This document shows, piece after piece, positions 1 to 11,295 of a stretch of DNA of 64,000 nucleotides (position 1 is its first letter; each line of letters begins with the position of its first letter). Origin of the DNA: Veleropilina oligotropha (taxonomy: Eukaryota). The notes under the pieces are model-generated. The model did not search any database and was not told where the DNA came from. It was given only the letters and a program-made list of their open reading frames with translations. The translations under genes were made by a program, and so were the position numbers. The stretch is from positions 62,001 through 126,000 of the forward strand of contig JBEUKZ010000111.1 of assembly GCA_048128005.1 (NCBI GenBank), read 5' to 3'.

Positions 1-1180
1 CACCAACCAGCAGAACGCCCAACACGAGAACTACACACTCAATGGTGTGCAACTCAAGACAGTCAACAGCCATGAACTCATTCCAGCCCACATAGGAGCT
101 GTCTGTATATGTATCCGATTGTTGAATGTAGATGTTTCAAAGAATAACATGAATAAAAACACTTTGGACACCACCAAGACGTCAGTAGATATTATTGATT
201 GTACATTTTATTGTGGCAAATCTAAACATCAGTGATATGCATGCATGTTGGCGATAGCATATATTGGCAATCAGACAGACGACATAAACGTGGTCTCAAA
301 CCAGTACAGTAAAAATTGCAGAAAACCAGTCATTTTCAACACATGTCGGTCCAGTGGACAATTGATGTTTACAATAACCAAGTTACTATTAATTGTTATC
401 GCACACATTAGATCATTTTAAAGTTATTATTTTAGCCTATATAATATATGTAGGCTATTGATCATTACTTTATGAACAGTGTTTAAAATTCTTGGTAGTC
501 CATTGGAGCAGTGTTTTTAAATTTGTATTTCTAACCCAGATAGTTATATGCAATAAATGATTGTCGGGTCAGAAAGAGACCCCAATCCGAAGGAGGTTAA
601 CTCAGTCTCCGCCATATGACTGAAAAATTGTAAAATTGGTAAAAAAACATAATTATAAAGTCATACATGCATAAAAACGTATAAAATTAAGCTCTCTGAA
701 ACTTTAACATCATACACACAAAAAGATAAACTATCATCGTGTTAATTTACTAAATGTTATGAAATACGTGACATATTGTCACAGGATGAATATAATTAAG
801 CGATTGAAATACTGAATATGTCTAAAATAATTTCAATGTTTTAAATATATTAATTTGATATTGAGAATTTCAAGATTTCAATATTTAATACATCTGAGAA
901 AAATTACTATGATTTGACACAATGAAACCATTAAATTTTAACAAAAGACAGCAGTATAACTTGCGTATTAAAATTGCTACTACATTGCTAACGCGAATGC
1001 AGGCATTAATTATTACAACAGAAATGATGTGATACAAAGCACAAATTTGTTATCTGTTATATATTATTATAATAATATAATAATTATTTGTTATCAGTCT
1101 TAAACTGCGTTAACTTTCAAAGTTCTTCTACGCAATGAATATTAATATTGATAAAATGTTAACTACAAACACGAGAGTAA

Positions 1181-1763
1181 AGTTACGCACCCATGTACGC
1201 GTGATGCGTGTTAACGAAATGCACTGAAATCAATTGCAGTGATTCCATGTGTGCGTGAAGCGTATTACGCATGGCGCTGCGCAAAGATCGCCCAGAAAGT
1301 GTTTCACATGCATCACGCAGCTGCGTAAACAATTTGTTAATACATAAAATAAAAGGAAATTTAAAATTGAAGTCTATATTTAAACTTTATAATTAATTAT
1401 TTTCTAATGAGAATGTATAGGAATACTGAATATTAACACAACTACTTCATTATATGGTCTTAGCAGAAGAGACAATATATTTATGGTCATAATATGGTGC
1501 AGAAAGAATTATATTAAGGATGCCGTATGCTTTCTGATGTTATAAGAGCATAACTGTGGAACAAAATAATTAAAGGATATATAATAGAAATTTTTTAAAG
1601 GTATACTATCTATGTTATCTGTGAAAATACCATATTTAATATTAAATCCTTCTACAGAGCAGAAGTTTACACATCACGCAGAGCTTTTATACGGACACAT
1701 GGGTTCGGTCAATACGCATCACGTTTCTCGCATCATGCATCACGCGTACATGGGTGCGTAGCT
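1181..1763. mobile_element. Non-autonomous TIR element (MITE), possibly Kolobok-like
   Basis: Terminal inverted repeats AGTTACGCACCCATGTACGCGTGATGC...GCATCACGCGTACATGGGTGCGTAGCT, flanked by GTAA/TTAA; no ORF. Confidence 0.6.
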
Positions 1764-1795
1764 TTAAGCAGCGTGTCAATCACTTATATTTCAAG

Positions 1796-2103
1796 CTTAC
1801 CGTGTCCACATCCAGGGGTAGGTAACATGAAGTAGTCATATCAATCACTTATATTTCAAGCTTACCGTGTCCGCATCCAGGGGTAGGTAACATGATACGG
1901 TCATATCAATCATTTGTATTTCAATCTTACTGTGTCTGCATCCAGGGTTAGGTAACATAACATAGCCATATCAATCAGTTTGTATTTCAAGCTTACCTTG
2001 TCCGCATCCAGGGGTAGGTAACATGAAGTAGTCATCAATCATTTGTATTTATAGCTTACTGTGTCCGCATCCAGGGGTAGGTAACATGATATAGTCATAT
2101 CAA
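1796..2103. repeat. Minisatellite, about 65-bp unit x5
   Basis: Recurring TTTCAAGCTTACCGTGTCCGCATCCAGGGGTAGGTAACATGA units. Confidence 0.85.
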
Positions 2104-2743
2104 GCATATAATGACTGGAAGAATGTCCATGATTGCATATTTTTAGCAAATATATTCTTAGGTAAAAATCGCATTCTGAGGTAAAAAATTCAATTTTAAA
2201 ATAGCTTTAAATATTACCACAGTAGGGTTAGATAACACGCTACCCGCCATCGGTCTTCACACCCCTGCCTCAAGTGGTATGGTCTGCTGACTAACGCGAA
2301 TGATATTTTTAGCCCGGTGCAACAATGCTGTCAGGCAAGCAAGAGTGAGATAGAAAGAGAGGTAGGCAGAGAGAGATATTTCATATTTAAGTATTAGAAG
2401 ATTGAAATACTCATATCTCACACAAATTTATGTCTCAGCATATGGGTTAAGGGAGCCAATCCCTGACACATTGAGAAACTCTAACCAATAATATTTGTCG
2501 AAATTATACAAAAATCGAACTTGACCTCAGTTTCGTATTTTTGCAAAACAGTCACAAGGAATTAAAGAAATACAATGCATGGTTTTGAAGGTATAAATAG
2601 CGAAAACCACAACCGGTATGGACAAACAGACGACCAAGGGTATAACATAATACCCCGCCACAACATTATACAAACTTTAACAATCAGAACCAATTATTTC
2701 AAGATATGGTTACACAAATTTCAACTAAATTCCATTCAATATA

Positions 2744-3190
2744 AACTAGACGCTCAGTCGTGAGTGACCGCATACGTATCCCCCGTATAATGACGTCACC
2801 TGTTTAGAGCGATCACAAGGAATTAAGCTTTAAAATCCAAGACGGAGGCCACAGCGGCCATGTTGTAGGTCGGACCACACCCGAGATCTATAGTATAAGC
2901 ATAAGTGTAGTGTCCTCACCAAAATCAATGCACATACCAAATTTGAAAACATTCCATTAACAAATGGCCTGTCTAGAGCGATCACAAGGAATTATGCTTA
3001 AAATTCAAGATGGAGGCCAGAGCGGCCATCTTGGAGGTCGGACCACACCCAAAGTCTATAGGTGTGGTGTCCTCGCCCCAACCAATGCTCATACCAAAAC
3101 ATTCTGTTAAGAAACGGTCTGCCTAGAGCGATCACGAGGAATCTCTCAGCAGACGCGGCGGCATGACGAACGTTTCGGGGGATACAATAA
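2744..3190 (-). mobile_element. Helentron-associated (HINE/DINE-like) non-autonomous element with internal ~165-bp repeats
   Basis: Begins ACTAG (CTAGT end on minus strand) next to a small hairpin; subterminal IR GTATCCCCC/GGGGGATAC; internal CAAGATGGAGGCCACAGCGGCCAT units; same family at 16785-18120. Confidence 0.6.
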
Positions 3191-3465
3191 CTAAGATATG
3201 GTTAGATAATAATGATGTAGCGATATCTAACATACAGCAATGCTAAACTTGCATATTGTTGCTTATATAGCATGATTGACAAACTTTAACCAAAAACTTT
3301 GACAACCAGAACCAATTGTTGACGCCGGTCGGCCAGCCGGATGACATGCTCATTACATAGGCTCGCATAATGGCGCATTTGCGTTGCATGCGTGCCAAAA
3401 ATCAAAAGTTATCACAGCACAAACAATGATGTCAAATACGACCTCAAATATAATCATTGGTTCTA

Positions 3466-3911
3466 CTAGCAATGGTACCCGTCTCCGCCGGGTAAGTCCC
3501 CCCACCCCAAATTTTTTTTTTTTTTTTTTTTGGATAGTGCTCCCTTAAATAATTTTTTTTTTTCCCGAATTTTCCGAATTTTTTTCGTGGTAAACCTTCC
3601 TTGGGGGACCCCGATTAACCCCCCAAAGTTTGAAGGTCCTAGGTCAAAGCGTCTGGGAGGAGTTCAACTTGAAACAGACAGACACACACACATACAATTA
3701 TAGCTCCATTATATGAAGATATATAGTAATTTTTTTTTTTTTTCCCGAATTTTCCGAATTTTTTTCGTGGTAAACCTTCCTTGGGGGACCCCGATTAACC
3801 CCCCAAAGTTTGAAGGTCCTAGGTCAAAGCGTCTGGGAGGAGTTCAACTTGAAACAGACAGACAGACAGACAGACACGCACACATACAATTATAGCTCCA
3901 TTATATTAAGA
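3466..3911 (-). mobile_element. Non-autonomous Helitron with internal duplication
   Basis: Minus strand 5'-TC...hairpin ACCCGGCGGAGACGGGT...CTAG-3' inserted between A and T; ~170-bp segment duplicated (3555-3720 / 3727-3911); same family at 56070-56366. Confidence 0.8.
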
Positions 3912-4736
3912 TTATATTTAAATAAGTTATTGGGGAGGAAAGTCCCGATATTAATTCCACTATGTGATTTTGTTTATAATATATATTTATATCACATTGT
4001 GTTAACGATCATAATGCAAATGACAAAAGTTGTAAGTTAAAAGCAAATAATGGATTCTGATTGATCGATCCAGAATAAAATATGAATACAATAATCTGTT
4101 TGTACATCATTACATTTAAATTTTTAACATAATTTAGTGATTATATTTGCAAATGTTTTGCAAACTCTAAAATCAACTTTGAAAAACATTCGCATTTTGC
4201 AACCTGCCTAACTATACACCAACTAACACCGCATGCAGCATGCATGTCTTTTCCTATTGCATACATCACAGACAATCAAGATAAATTAATGCAACAACTT
4301 TTACAATAATAATGCATCAATTTACAAAATATAATAATATACCATTGCGATGCAATCTAAAAAGGCATGTAATTACATAATACTATATGCAAGTGCATGA
4401 CAATAGCAAAATAACATTAGTCGTATTGATAACTGGTGTAGGATATAATCCGCCTGCATCATCCGGGTGGCCATCAATAACGAGATATTAATGGGACAAA
4501 CTAGAAACAGGGATCACAAATGCCCCGCTTTTGGTATGCATTTCAGAGGATTGCAACCTTGAAAATTACATCAAGGTCACCTATCTTTGAACTTGTCCGA
4601 GGGCCACCGATTCAGTACATGAGTTAAGGTAATTATGTTGCACCGAAGGTCGAACGGACTCTCCAAATGATATATGCCTACCCGAATTTAGTAGCGGGGC
4701 ATAAAGATAACCAAAACTGTCATTGTCTGTTGAAGA

Positions 4737-5220
4737 AATAGAGGGTATTTGATGGTATGTCAGAAATATTAAATATATTTTGTCGAGTGAAATATATCCT
4801 AGGGGATTCACGAAAGGCCGGAGGCCTTGAGTGAATCGGCTAGGATATAGTTCACGAGACAAAATATATTTAATATTTCTGACAACATTGAATGGTCTAT
4901 TTATTATATAAATGGGTCAGTTATCAATTAAATAATGTTACCATTGTATATCGATGCTTATTTTTGTGGAAGAACGAACGCGCGCGCTATTGACATTGTA
5001 ATGTTGAAATGTAGTTCGCCATCATAACGCCGCCATAGACGACGTCACCAAGGACAACGTTTTTATGACGTCAATTTATGACGCATTTTTCATATTTTCA
5101 CTCACGAGAGTGACATATGGAAAATATTTTCACTCACGTGAGTGAAAATATATATCAGTGAATTACCGATTATATTTTTGCCATTATTTAACGAATAACA
5201 GCACCATTTATATAATAAAT
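4737..5220 (-). mobile_element. Non-autonomous hairpin-ended (Crypton-type) element
   Basis: Long imperfect palindrome ~4737-4900, then ATTTATTATATAAATGG (4899-4915) with a perfect inverted copy at the far end (5204-5220); homologous to 43691-44267. Confidence 0.65.
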
Positions 5221-5637
5221 TGATTTTAGTATATATGTAAATCTCTATATAAGATGATTCTTTTGATGACCATTGTTGGAAAATTACAAAGAATTTTACA
5301 GTTTATTTAAAAAACATAGGCATAATTATACCTTGCACCTAACACATTGTTTTATCCACATTAATGTTTTGCAAATGTGCACATTAAAAAAGGTAGAATA
5401 AATGTGAATAATATTTCCCTGAAAGCCATCCAGTAAAAACACATCTGTGCAAATTAAGGCCCACTATTCTCTAAAGTTGCATGTCAGTAATAATCACATA
5501 CAATGCCTTACTTTCATATATGTGGATGTTACAAAAAGTATTTAAGATTCAAAATGGTAGAACAAACATGGAAATTCATCCTGTAACAGCAATTCATCGG
5601 AATCGATACATCCCAATTTTATTCGTTACACTCTTTA

Positions 5638-5957
5638 TCGAATAGACCCCGCAGAATTATGCGATTTGCAATATTTAGACGATTTTGTGCATAATATATC
5701 ATTTTTCTGCAATAACATGACAGAATCCTATAAATGTCCAAATAAATAAGCATATTTATTATGTTTGACTTCGTAAATAAACATCCATGTGCATTATATT
5801 GCATAATTTCATTAACTTGTGTGCATATTATTGCATAATTTCATTACTTTGGGTGCATATTATTGCATAATTTCATTAATCTGGGTGCATAATACGCTGT
5901 TTCATTTTTGCATAATCTGAAGTAAATTAGCGCATAATTATGCAGGGTCTATTCGAA
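5638..5957. mobile_element. MITE with TIRs and internal short repeats
   Basis: TCGAATAGACCC..AATTATGCG / CGCATAATT..GGGTCTATTCGA inverted ends; internal GTGCATATTATTGCATAATTTCATT repeats. Confidence 0.6.
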
Positions 5958-6257
5958 ATACATACTGTCAGACGTTTCGCCAAATATGACCAACTTGATG
6001 ATATTTCTTGCGATTATTTTTTTCTTTTAATTCTTAGGCGCTCCAGCCTCTAGAATTTTTTTTTTAAATTGCAAAGTTTTTAACTTTCGCTAACTGGCTA
6101 AAATACATTTGTGGTCTAGGGTTTAAAATCAAAAGCAGTTTTCGCTGGCAATGCAACTTAATTTTATTTTTGTCATTTCTGCATCTGCATTTCTTTGTAT
6201 CTGCAGCATATTCTGGATCTAAACTTGCACTCCATTTCCTCTCCCGAATATCTTACA

Positions 6258-6615
6258 TCAGCATCCACATTTCTTTCGCTCTTCCGTATGTTCGTTTTTC
6301 TCACCTAGAACAATAGTACTCGTAGAACGAGGTGTCATGTTTCGCTGATTACTTGATAAAGGAAGGCAATGGTTCAAAATATACGTGAACACTTCGTCCA
6401 CATTATGCCCAGACAGGCTGGAAGTTTCGAAGTATGGCACTTTTGGCAGTTTTTCCATCGCAATTCCCTGATTGATTTCACGCGCAAATCCCTCCGCTTC
6501 GTCCATGGTTATTTCCCGAGGATGGCTTTTGGGATCAACTAAATCCAGCTTCGTTCCAATGACGACCTTCAAGCAGTCTTCGTTTGCGGTGTGCATCAAT
6601 GGACGAAACCTAGCC
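6258..6615 (-). CDS. RAB20: Rab20-like small GTPase, last coding exon
   Basis: (W)ARFRPLMHTANEDCLKVVIGTKLDL (G4)...YFETSS (G5)...KKCGC prenylation motif and stop; TTTTCAG acceptor; phase matches the 11183-11295 exon. Confidence 0.85.
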
Positions 6616-6758
6616 CTGAAAATATTCTTCAAGTCAATTATTTCATTACTATGCATAAATATATTTATTACCCCTTTGCTATATTATAACGAATTTCATT
6701 GGTCAATAGGCAAGCCATAACTCTCAGTATTTCTTGTTTTGCCGTGGGTTAACTACCA

Positions 6759-6842
6759 GGTCACGTGAATTTGCCAGGTAATATCGATTGGTCACGTGAA
6801 TTTGCCAGGTAATAAAAATTTGTCACGTGAATTTGCCAGGTA
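6759..6842 (+). promoter_or_regulatory. Three direct repeats of GTCACGTGAATTTGCCAGGTA containing an E-box (CACGTG)
   Basis: Three near-identical 21-bp copies upstream of the YR ORF; function inferred. Confidence 0.4.
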
Positions 6843-6871
6843 GTATTGAAAATCAACCATTGTTTACAAAT

Positions 6872-7221
6872 AAAACAAGAACGACGCGTTCGAAATATGT
6901 CTTGACCTTTCTTTATTTCCCTCAAATTTTCATAACAGTTAATACAATGGCTAAGTGCAAGTACTTCATGGCTTAATTTACTACCCCGTCGAATGTGACG
7001 TCACCAAATGACGATTAATCTAAGGCGATGTCGTAATGACGTCATTGCCATTTGCTTGCAATATTAGACATCCGTTATATACAAATATGGATAAAAGTGC
7101 TCAATAAATGCATATTTTTGCAAAATTGTGTCGCGAAAGTTATATACACGACCTACAAATACTCTTGGGAATGTGTGTACCAATTTTGGTGAAAATTGAG
7201 CGGGTAGTTTTCAAATAAATC

Positions 7222-7285
<64 letters not shown>

Positions 7286-7385
7286 TATATAAGTATATAA
7301 GTATATAAGTATATATGTATATATACACACGGACCATTTGATAATGTCTTGTCCTTTTTTACAAAAAGGTCAAGACATAAAAACA
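6872..7385 (-). mobile_element. HINE/DINE-like non-autonomous element nested in the Crypton 5' region, containing a (TA)n microsatellite
   Basis: Subterminal IR TATGTCTTGAC/GTCAAGACATA, 3' hairpin GAACGACGCGTTC, CTTGTTTT end, (TA)n at ~7227-7281; second copy at 22613-23060. Confidence 0.7.
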
Positions 7386-7625
7386 TGGCGGACAACACTC
7401 GCTTCGAATATTGTTTATCTAATTAAACAAACCATAGTCAACTATATGTATTTCAATATTCTCAGCAGTAACATTTTATGTAGTTAATTAACATATGTAA
7501 AATATGCGTAACAAATATATATAATTATGTACAAACATGAATAGCATATTCCATAAGTTAACGTCGTATGTTAAGAGCAAGGTAGATAACTCTAATATGT
7601 CGTCTGCTTTATTGACTTTGGCGAT

Positions 7626-8987
7626 ATGGCAAAGCGCTTCGCGAGTCATTCAAACGAAGAAATTTTCAAGAAAAGAGCGAATTTAGTACCAGTTAATACA
7701 TCTAAAGCGAACCGCAAGGCAGGGAATACTCTCAGAAGTTACCTCATAGAAAAACAACAGGAAACGTGTTTTGAAAGCTTCGAAAACAGAAGAATAGCGG
7801 AAATATTGTGCCATTTTTACCTGGATGCAAGGCGAGACAACGGTGAGTTGTACAAAACTTCTTCTCTGCAGAACTTTCGATATGGTCTGAATAGGTATTT
7901 AAATACCCCACCGCTTGTACGAAATGTCGATATTATTAAAGACCCCGAATGTTACGAAGCAAATCAATGCTTTCGTACCGCATTGAGCGAATTAAAGGCA
8001 GCCGGCAAGGGAGACGTAACGCACTATCCAAGTATTTCAAATGAAGATTTCACCGCGTTATGCACTAATGTGTACATGAACCCAAACACACCAACAGGTC
8101 TCTTCAACAAAGTGCATTTCGACATACGGATATATTTTTGTAGAAGAGGAAACGAAAATATATCGGATATGAGGAGAGATACGTTTTCATTAGGTCACGA
8201 CGCAACCACGGGCTTGAAGTATGTGAAGAAAACAAGGGATGAGTTGACAAAAAATAGGCGAGAAAACGAACCAGAGGGATACACAGGAATAATGCCGGAA
8301 AATAAGAACTCACCATTCTGTCCAGTGCGGTCGTTTGAGAAGTATGTTTCAAAATTGAATCCTGGCCTCGATAGGTTATGGCAGCATCCGAAAGATTCTT
8401 TTGTTGAAACTGACGAATCTTGGTATTGTAATCGTCCAGTTGGTAAAGACACGCTCTCTTGCTTCATGTCCAAACTCAGCAATATGTGCAAGCTTTCGAA
8501 AATATACACAAATCATTCCATCAGAACTACCGGTGTCACAATTCTCAGCAAGAAAGGCTTTTCATCGTCTCAAATCATGTCGTTAACTGGCCACAAATCC
8601 GCGAATTCATTAGCGATATACCACAGAGTATCCGACGAAGAAAAAGTCCAAATGGGACAGGCAATAACATCCGCCATCCATGAAAACACAAGCATGCAGC
8701 TGGCCCTGCAACAACCACCCGCGTGTCCGTTAGCGGCCATTGGCAATGTCAGTATGACCGAACAGAACTCATCAACAATTATGTCCCCTTCCCAAGCCCA
8801 AGGGGAGGAAACCGTGACAAGTTTCGATTTCAATCAGCTGTTCGATGAGGTTGATTTCGGCGAGCATGAAGGCAGTTCGCAGCTGACAACGTACCAATCT
8901 AGCACGACTGTATTACAGGGAAGGAACGCACCTATGTTCAGCGGGTGCAAGATTGGCACCATCAATATAACAATTCAGCAGAAATGA
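7626..8987 (+). CDS. Tyrosine recombinase, Crypton/DUF3504 (KCTD1/ZMYM/QRICH1-related) family, 453 aa, intact
   Basis: Catalytic R (FCRRGNEN), HxxR (YTNHSIR), H and Y (TGHKSANSLAIY); N-terminal FY.DARRDNGELYKTSSL motif typical of the family; uninterrupted ORF. Confidence 0.88.
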   Translation: MAKRFASHSNEEIFKKRANLVPVNTSKANRKAGNTLRSYLIEKQQETCFESFENRRIAEILCHFYLDARRDNGELYKTSSLQNFRYGLNRYLNTPPLVRNVDIIKDPECYEANQCFRTALSELKAAGKGDVTHYPSISNEDFTALCTNVYMNPNTPTGLFNKVHFDIRIYFCRRGNENISDMRRDTFSLGHDATTGLKYVKKTRDELTKNRRENEPEGYTGIMPENKNSPFCPVRSFEKYVSKLNPGLDRLWQHPKDSFVETDESWYCNRPVGKDTLSCFMSKLSNMCKLSKIYTNHSIRTTGVTILSKKGFSSSQIMSLTGHKSANSLAIYHRVSDEEKVQMGQAITSAIHENTSMQLALQQPPACPLAAIGNVSMTEQNSSTIMSPSQAQGEETVTSFDFNQLFDEVDFGEHEGSSQLTTYQSSTTVLQGRNAPMFSGCKIGTINITIQQK

Positions 8988-9392
8988 AATTTGACATGTT
9001 AACCTGTTTTCAACTTCTATATTTATTACCGATAGGTCTATTATAATTAATAATCAGTAACGATTCTCTGTTGCATAGATACTGTTATTTGACGTGTTAT
9101 GTTTAATAAATTGTTAACATATGCGTTTTGTTTTGCATATGTCATTGACGTCCATTTGAGCATATAGAGAGAAACTATCAAACTATATTTATTTGTCTTA
9201 ACAATGATTAAATCTGATCAAGAAGGGGTAATAAATTCGTTATACTGGGTTTTGACGGGGTGTATGGGATTTTACCACCCTCCAAAATTTCGTATTCCCT
9301 TCGGCTGCGCCTCAGGGAATACGAAATTTTGGAGGGTGGTAAAATCCCATACACCCCGTCAAAACCCAGTATAACTAATAGTATACATGTAG

Positions 9393-9955
9393 TTCAAGCA
9401 AGAAATACAAGCAAATCATCAACCCAGCTAGTTGAGGGGGTGCACCCCCCCCCCCCTCCCACGGCAGCAAAAATCAATAGGCGCTGTGTCCTCATCATAG
9501 CAAACGTGTATATAAAATTTGAATCAAATCAGAGATTAGCTTTTCACTCTAGAGCGCACACACGAAATCTCTCCCAACAAAATAGCTGCCACAGCAGCCA
9601 TCTTTGATCTGAAAACGGCGGCGTGTCCTCTTCATAACTAACGTGAAAACGGCGGTGTGTCCTCTTAATAACTAACGTGCATACCAAAATTTGAATCAAA
9701 TCGGATTAAAAATGATCACTGTAGAGCATTCACAAGAAATATCTCCAAACAAAATGGCCACCAAAGTGGCCATCTTGGATCTGAAAATCGTTAGGTGGCG
9801 TTTCCTCATCATAACTAACGTGAATACCAAATTTGAATGAAATCGGATCACAGCTTTTCACGGTAGAGCGCACACAATAAATCTCTGCGGCGGCGGACGC
9901 GGCCGAATGATGAATAAGCCATACTATCTCCGACTATTGTCCGGGCATACAATAA
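9393..9955 (-). mobile_element. HINE-like repeat with ~160-bp satellite-type units
   Basis: Repeated CATACCAAATTTGAATCAAATCGGAT..TAGAGCGCACACA..GGCCATCTTGGAT units related to the 2744-3190 family. Confidence 0.5.
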
Positions 9956-10509
9956 TGTTTATAATAAATGTACTAGCAAAATACAGGAGCCCACCACTCG
10001 AGTTACTTATTAATTTGAATTGAAAGATTATGTTCATTTTAATAATGAAACTTTAATGATAACTAGGTTTAACCCGTGTTCCGGTGAAATATTTATTTCA
10101 TGTTGCTTGTTCAACTTTAATATTTAGCTAAGTTAACATTACGTTGCGTTAACTACTGTTCATTCCAATTGAAATTGAACTCACCCTTGCACCCGGTGAA
10201 CCGAGCATGGACACCCCCCCCCTGGTTCTGGATGAATAAGACCAAAAATGCAAAATCTAAAGTTCGAAATTTTTTCCTTTCAGCACACTGGTCAATTTGA
10301 CACCAAAATGGAAAAGATCTGTCTCTCGGTGATGGGGAAACCCGGCTTAAAGAAACACCAACTTCGTATTTATATATAATATATTCTAAGGTCAATATAA
10401 TGTGAATACGGATAATTTGCAGAAGACATTTTTTGTAAAAATATTTCATCGCCCACAAGGATGGATGAATTATTTGACCTCTGGTCGTAGAAAATGCTGC
10501 CCAATTCTC

Positions 10510-10717
10510 ATGAAGTTACTGAATACACAGCGGGCAGAGATGAAGTTACTGAATACACAGCGGGCAGAGATGAAGTTACTGAATACACAGCGGGCAGAGA
10601 TGAAGTTACTGAATACACAGCGGGCAGAGATGAAGTTACTGAATACACAGCGGGCAGAGATGAAGTTACTGAATACACAGCGGGCAGAGATGAAGTTACT
10701 GAATACACAGCGGGCAA
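10510..10717. repeat. Perfect 30-bp tandem repeat x7
   Basis: ATGAAGTTACTGAATACACAGCGGGCAGAG repeated seven times. Confidence 0.95.
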
Positions 10718-11182
10718 AGAGTTAAGGAGAGGCAGCATACAAAATTAAATGAAGATGGCATCTAGTAGCCAAGATATAGTTTGTAAAATCTTAATCCTAG
10801 ATTTTGATGGCAATGCCGCATATAGTATCGAAGATATAGTTTGGAAAAAGCTTCATCCTAGATTTTGAAGAAGGTTACAACTGCACGCGTAAAGGAAGGT
10901 TAAGGTGAGCTGCAGGAAAAATGGCATAAATAATAAATATGGTACGGACAAATGCTGCATCCTGGATATTTGTGTCATGGCCACAACAACAAGGTCGTAC
11001 ATGTATGCAAAATTACATTGCCACACTCAATCGCAAAGGTAGATCAAGGTGACTTAGTAGACCCAAGTTAAATCAAGCTGGCATATAGAAGCTGAGATAT
11101 GATCCGAGCAAATGTGGACCGCCCACTCCAATTGAATGATAATGATTCCAGTTATTTGCTTATGCCATCAGTTATGTCTCAC

Positions 11183-11295
11183 CAGAGTGACTCGAAGGAG
11201 TTCGTATCACAGATGTCAAAAGCCAAGATGGCCGCCCCTGCCGATCGGCAGTAGAATGATGAGAGACCAGAGAACTTCTCCTCACCGGCAGTGTC
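11183..11295 (-). CDS. RAB20: Rab20-like GTPase exon (G3/switch II)
   Basis: DTAGEEKFSGLSSFYCRSAGAAILAFDICDTNSFESL; TTGCAG acceptor, GTGAG donor; 113 nt, phase 0 in and phase 2 out. Confidence 0.9.

Larger units (their letters stand above)
6663..9375 (+). mobile_element. Crypton-type tyrosine-recombinase transposon, apparently complete, in a Rab20 intron
   Basis: Left terminus ATTTATTACCCCTT (6663-6676) is the exact reverse complement of 9223-9236; right terminus is a perfect 62-bp-arm hairpin (9239-9375); encloses an intact YR ORF. Confidence 0.75.

Noticed and set aside
1..100. Possible LINE RT fragment (YTLNGVQLKTVNSH)
   Set aside because: Too short and cut by the window edge to support
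7140..7398. ORFs with YIYI runs
   Set aside because: Translation of the (TA)n microsatellite within a HINE
8104..8833. ORFs overlapping the YR gene
   Set aside because: Shadow frames of the real CDS with no motifs
10402..10748. Repeat-protein ORFs or a CRISPR-like array
   Set aside because: Head-to-tail 30-bp units without spacers; open in several frames only because the unit is a stop-free multiple of 3
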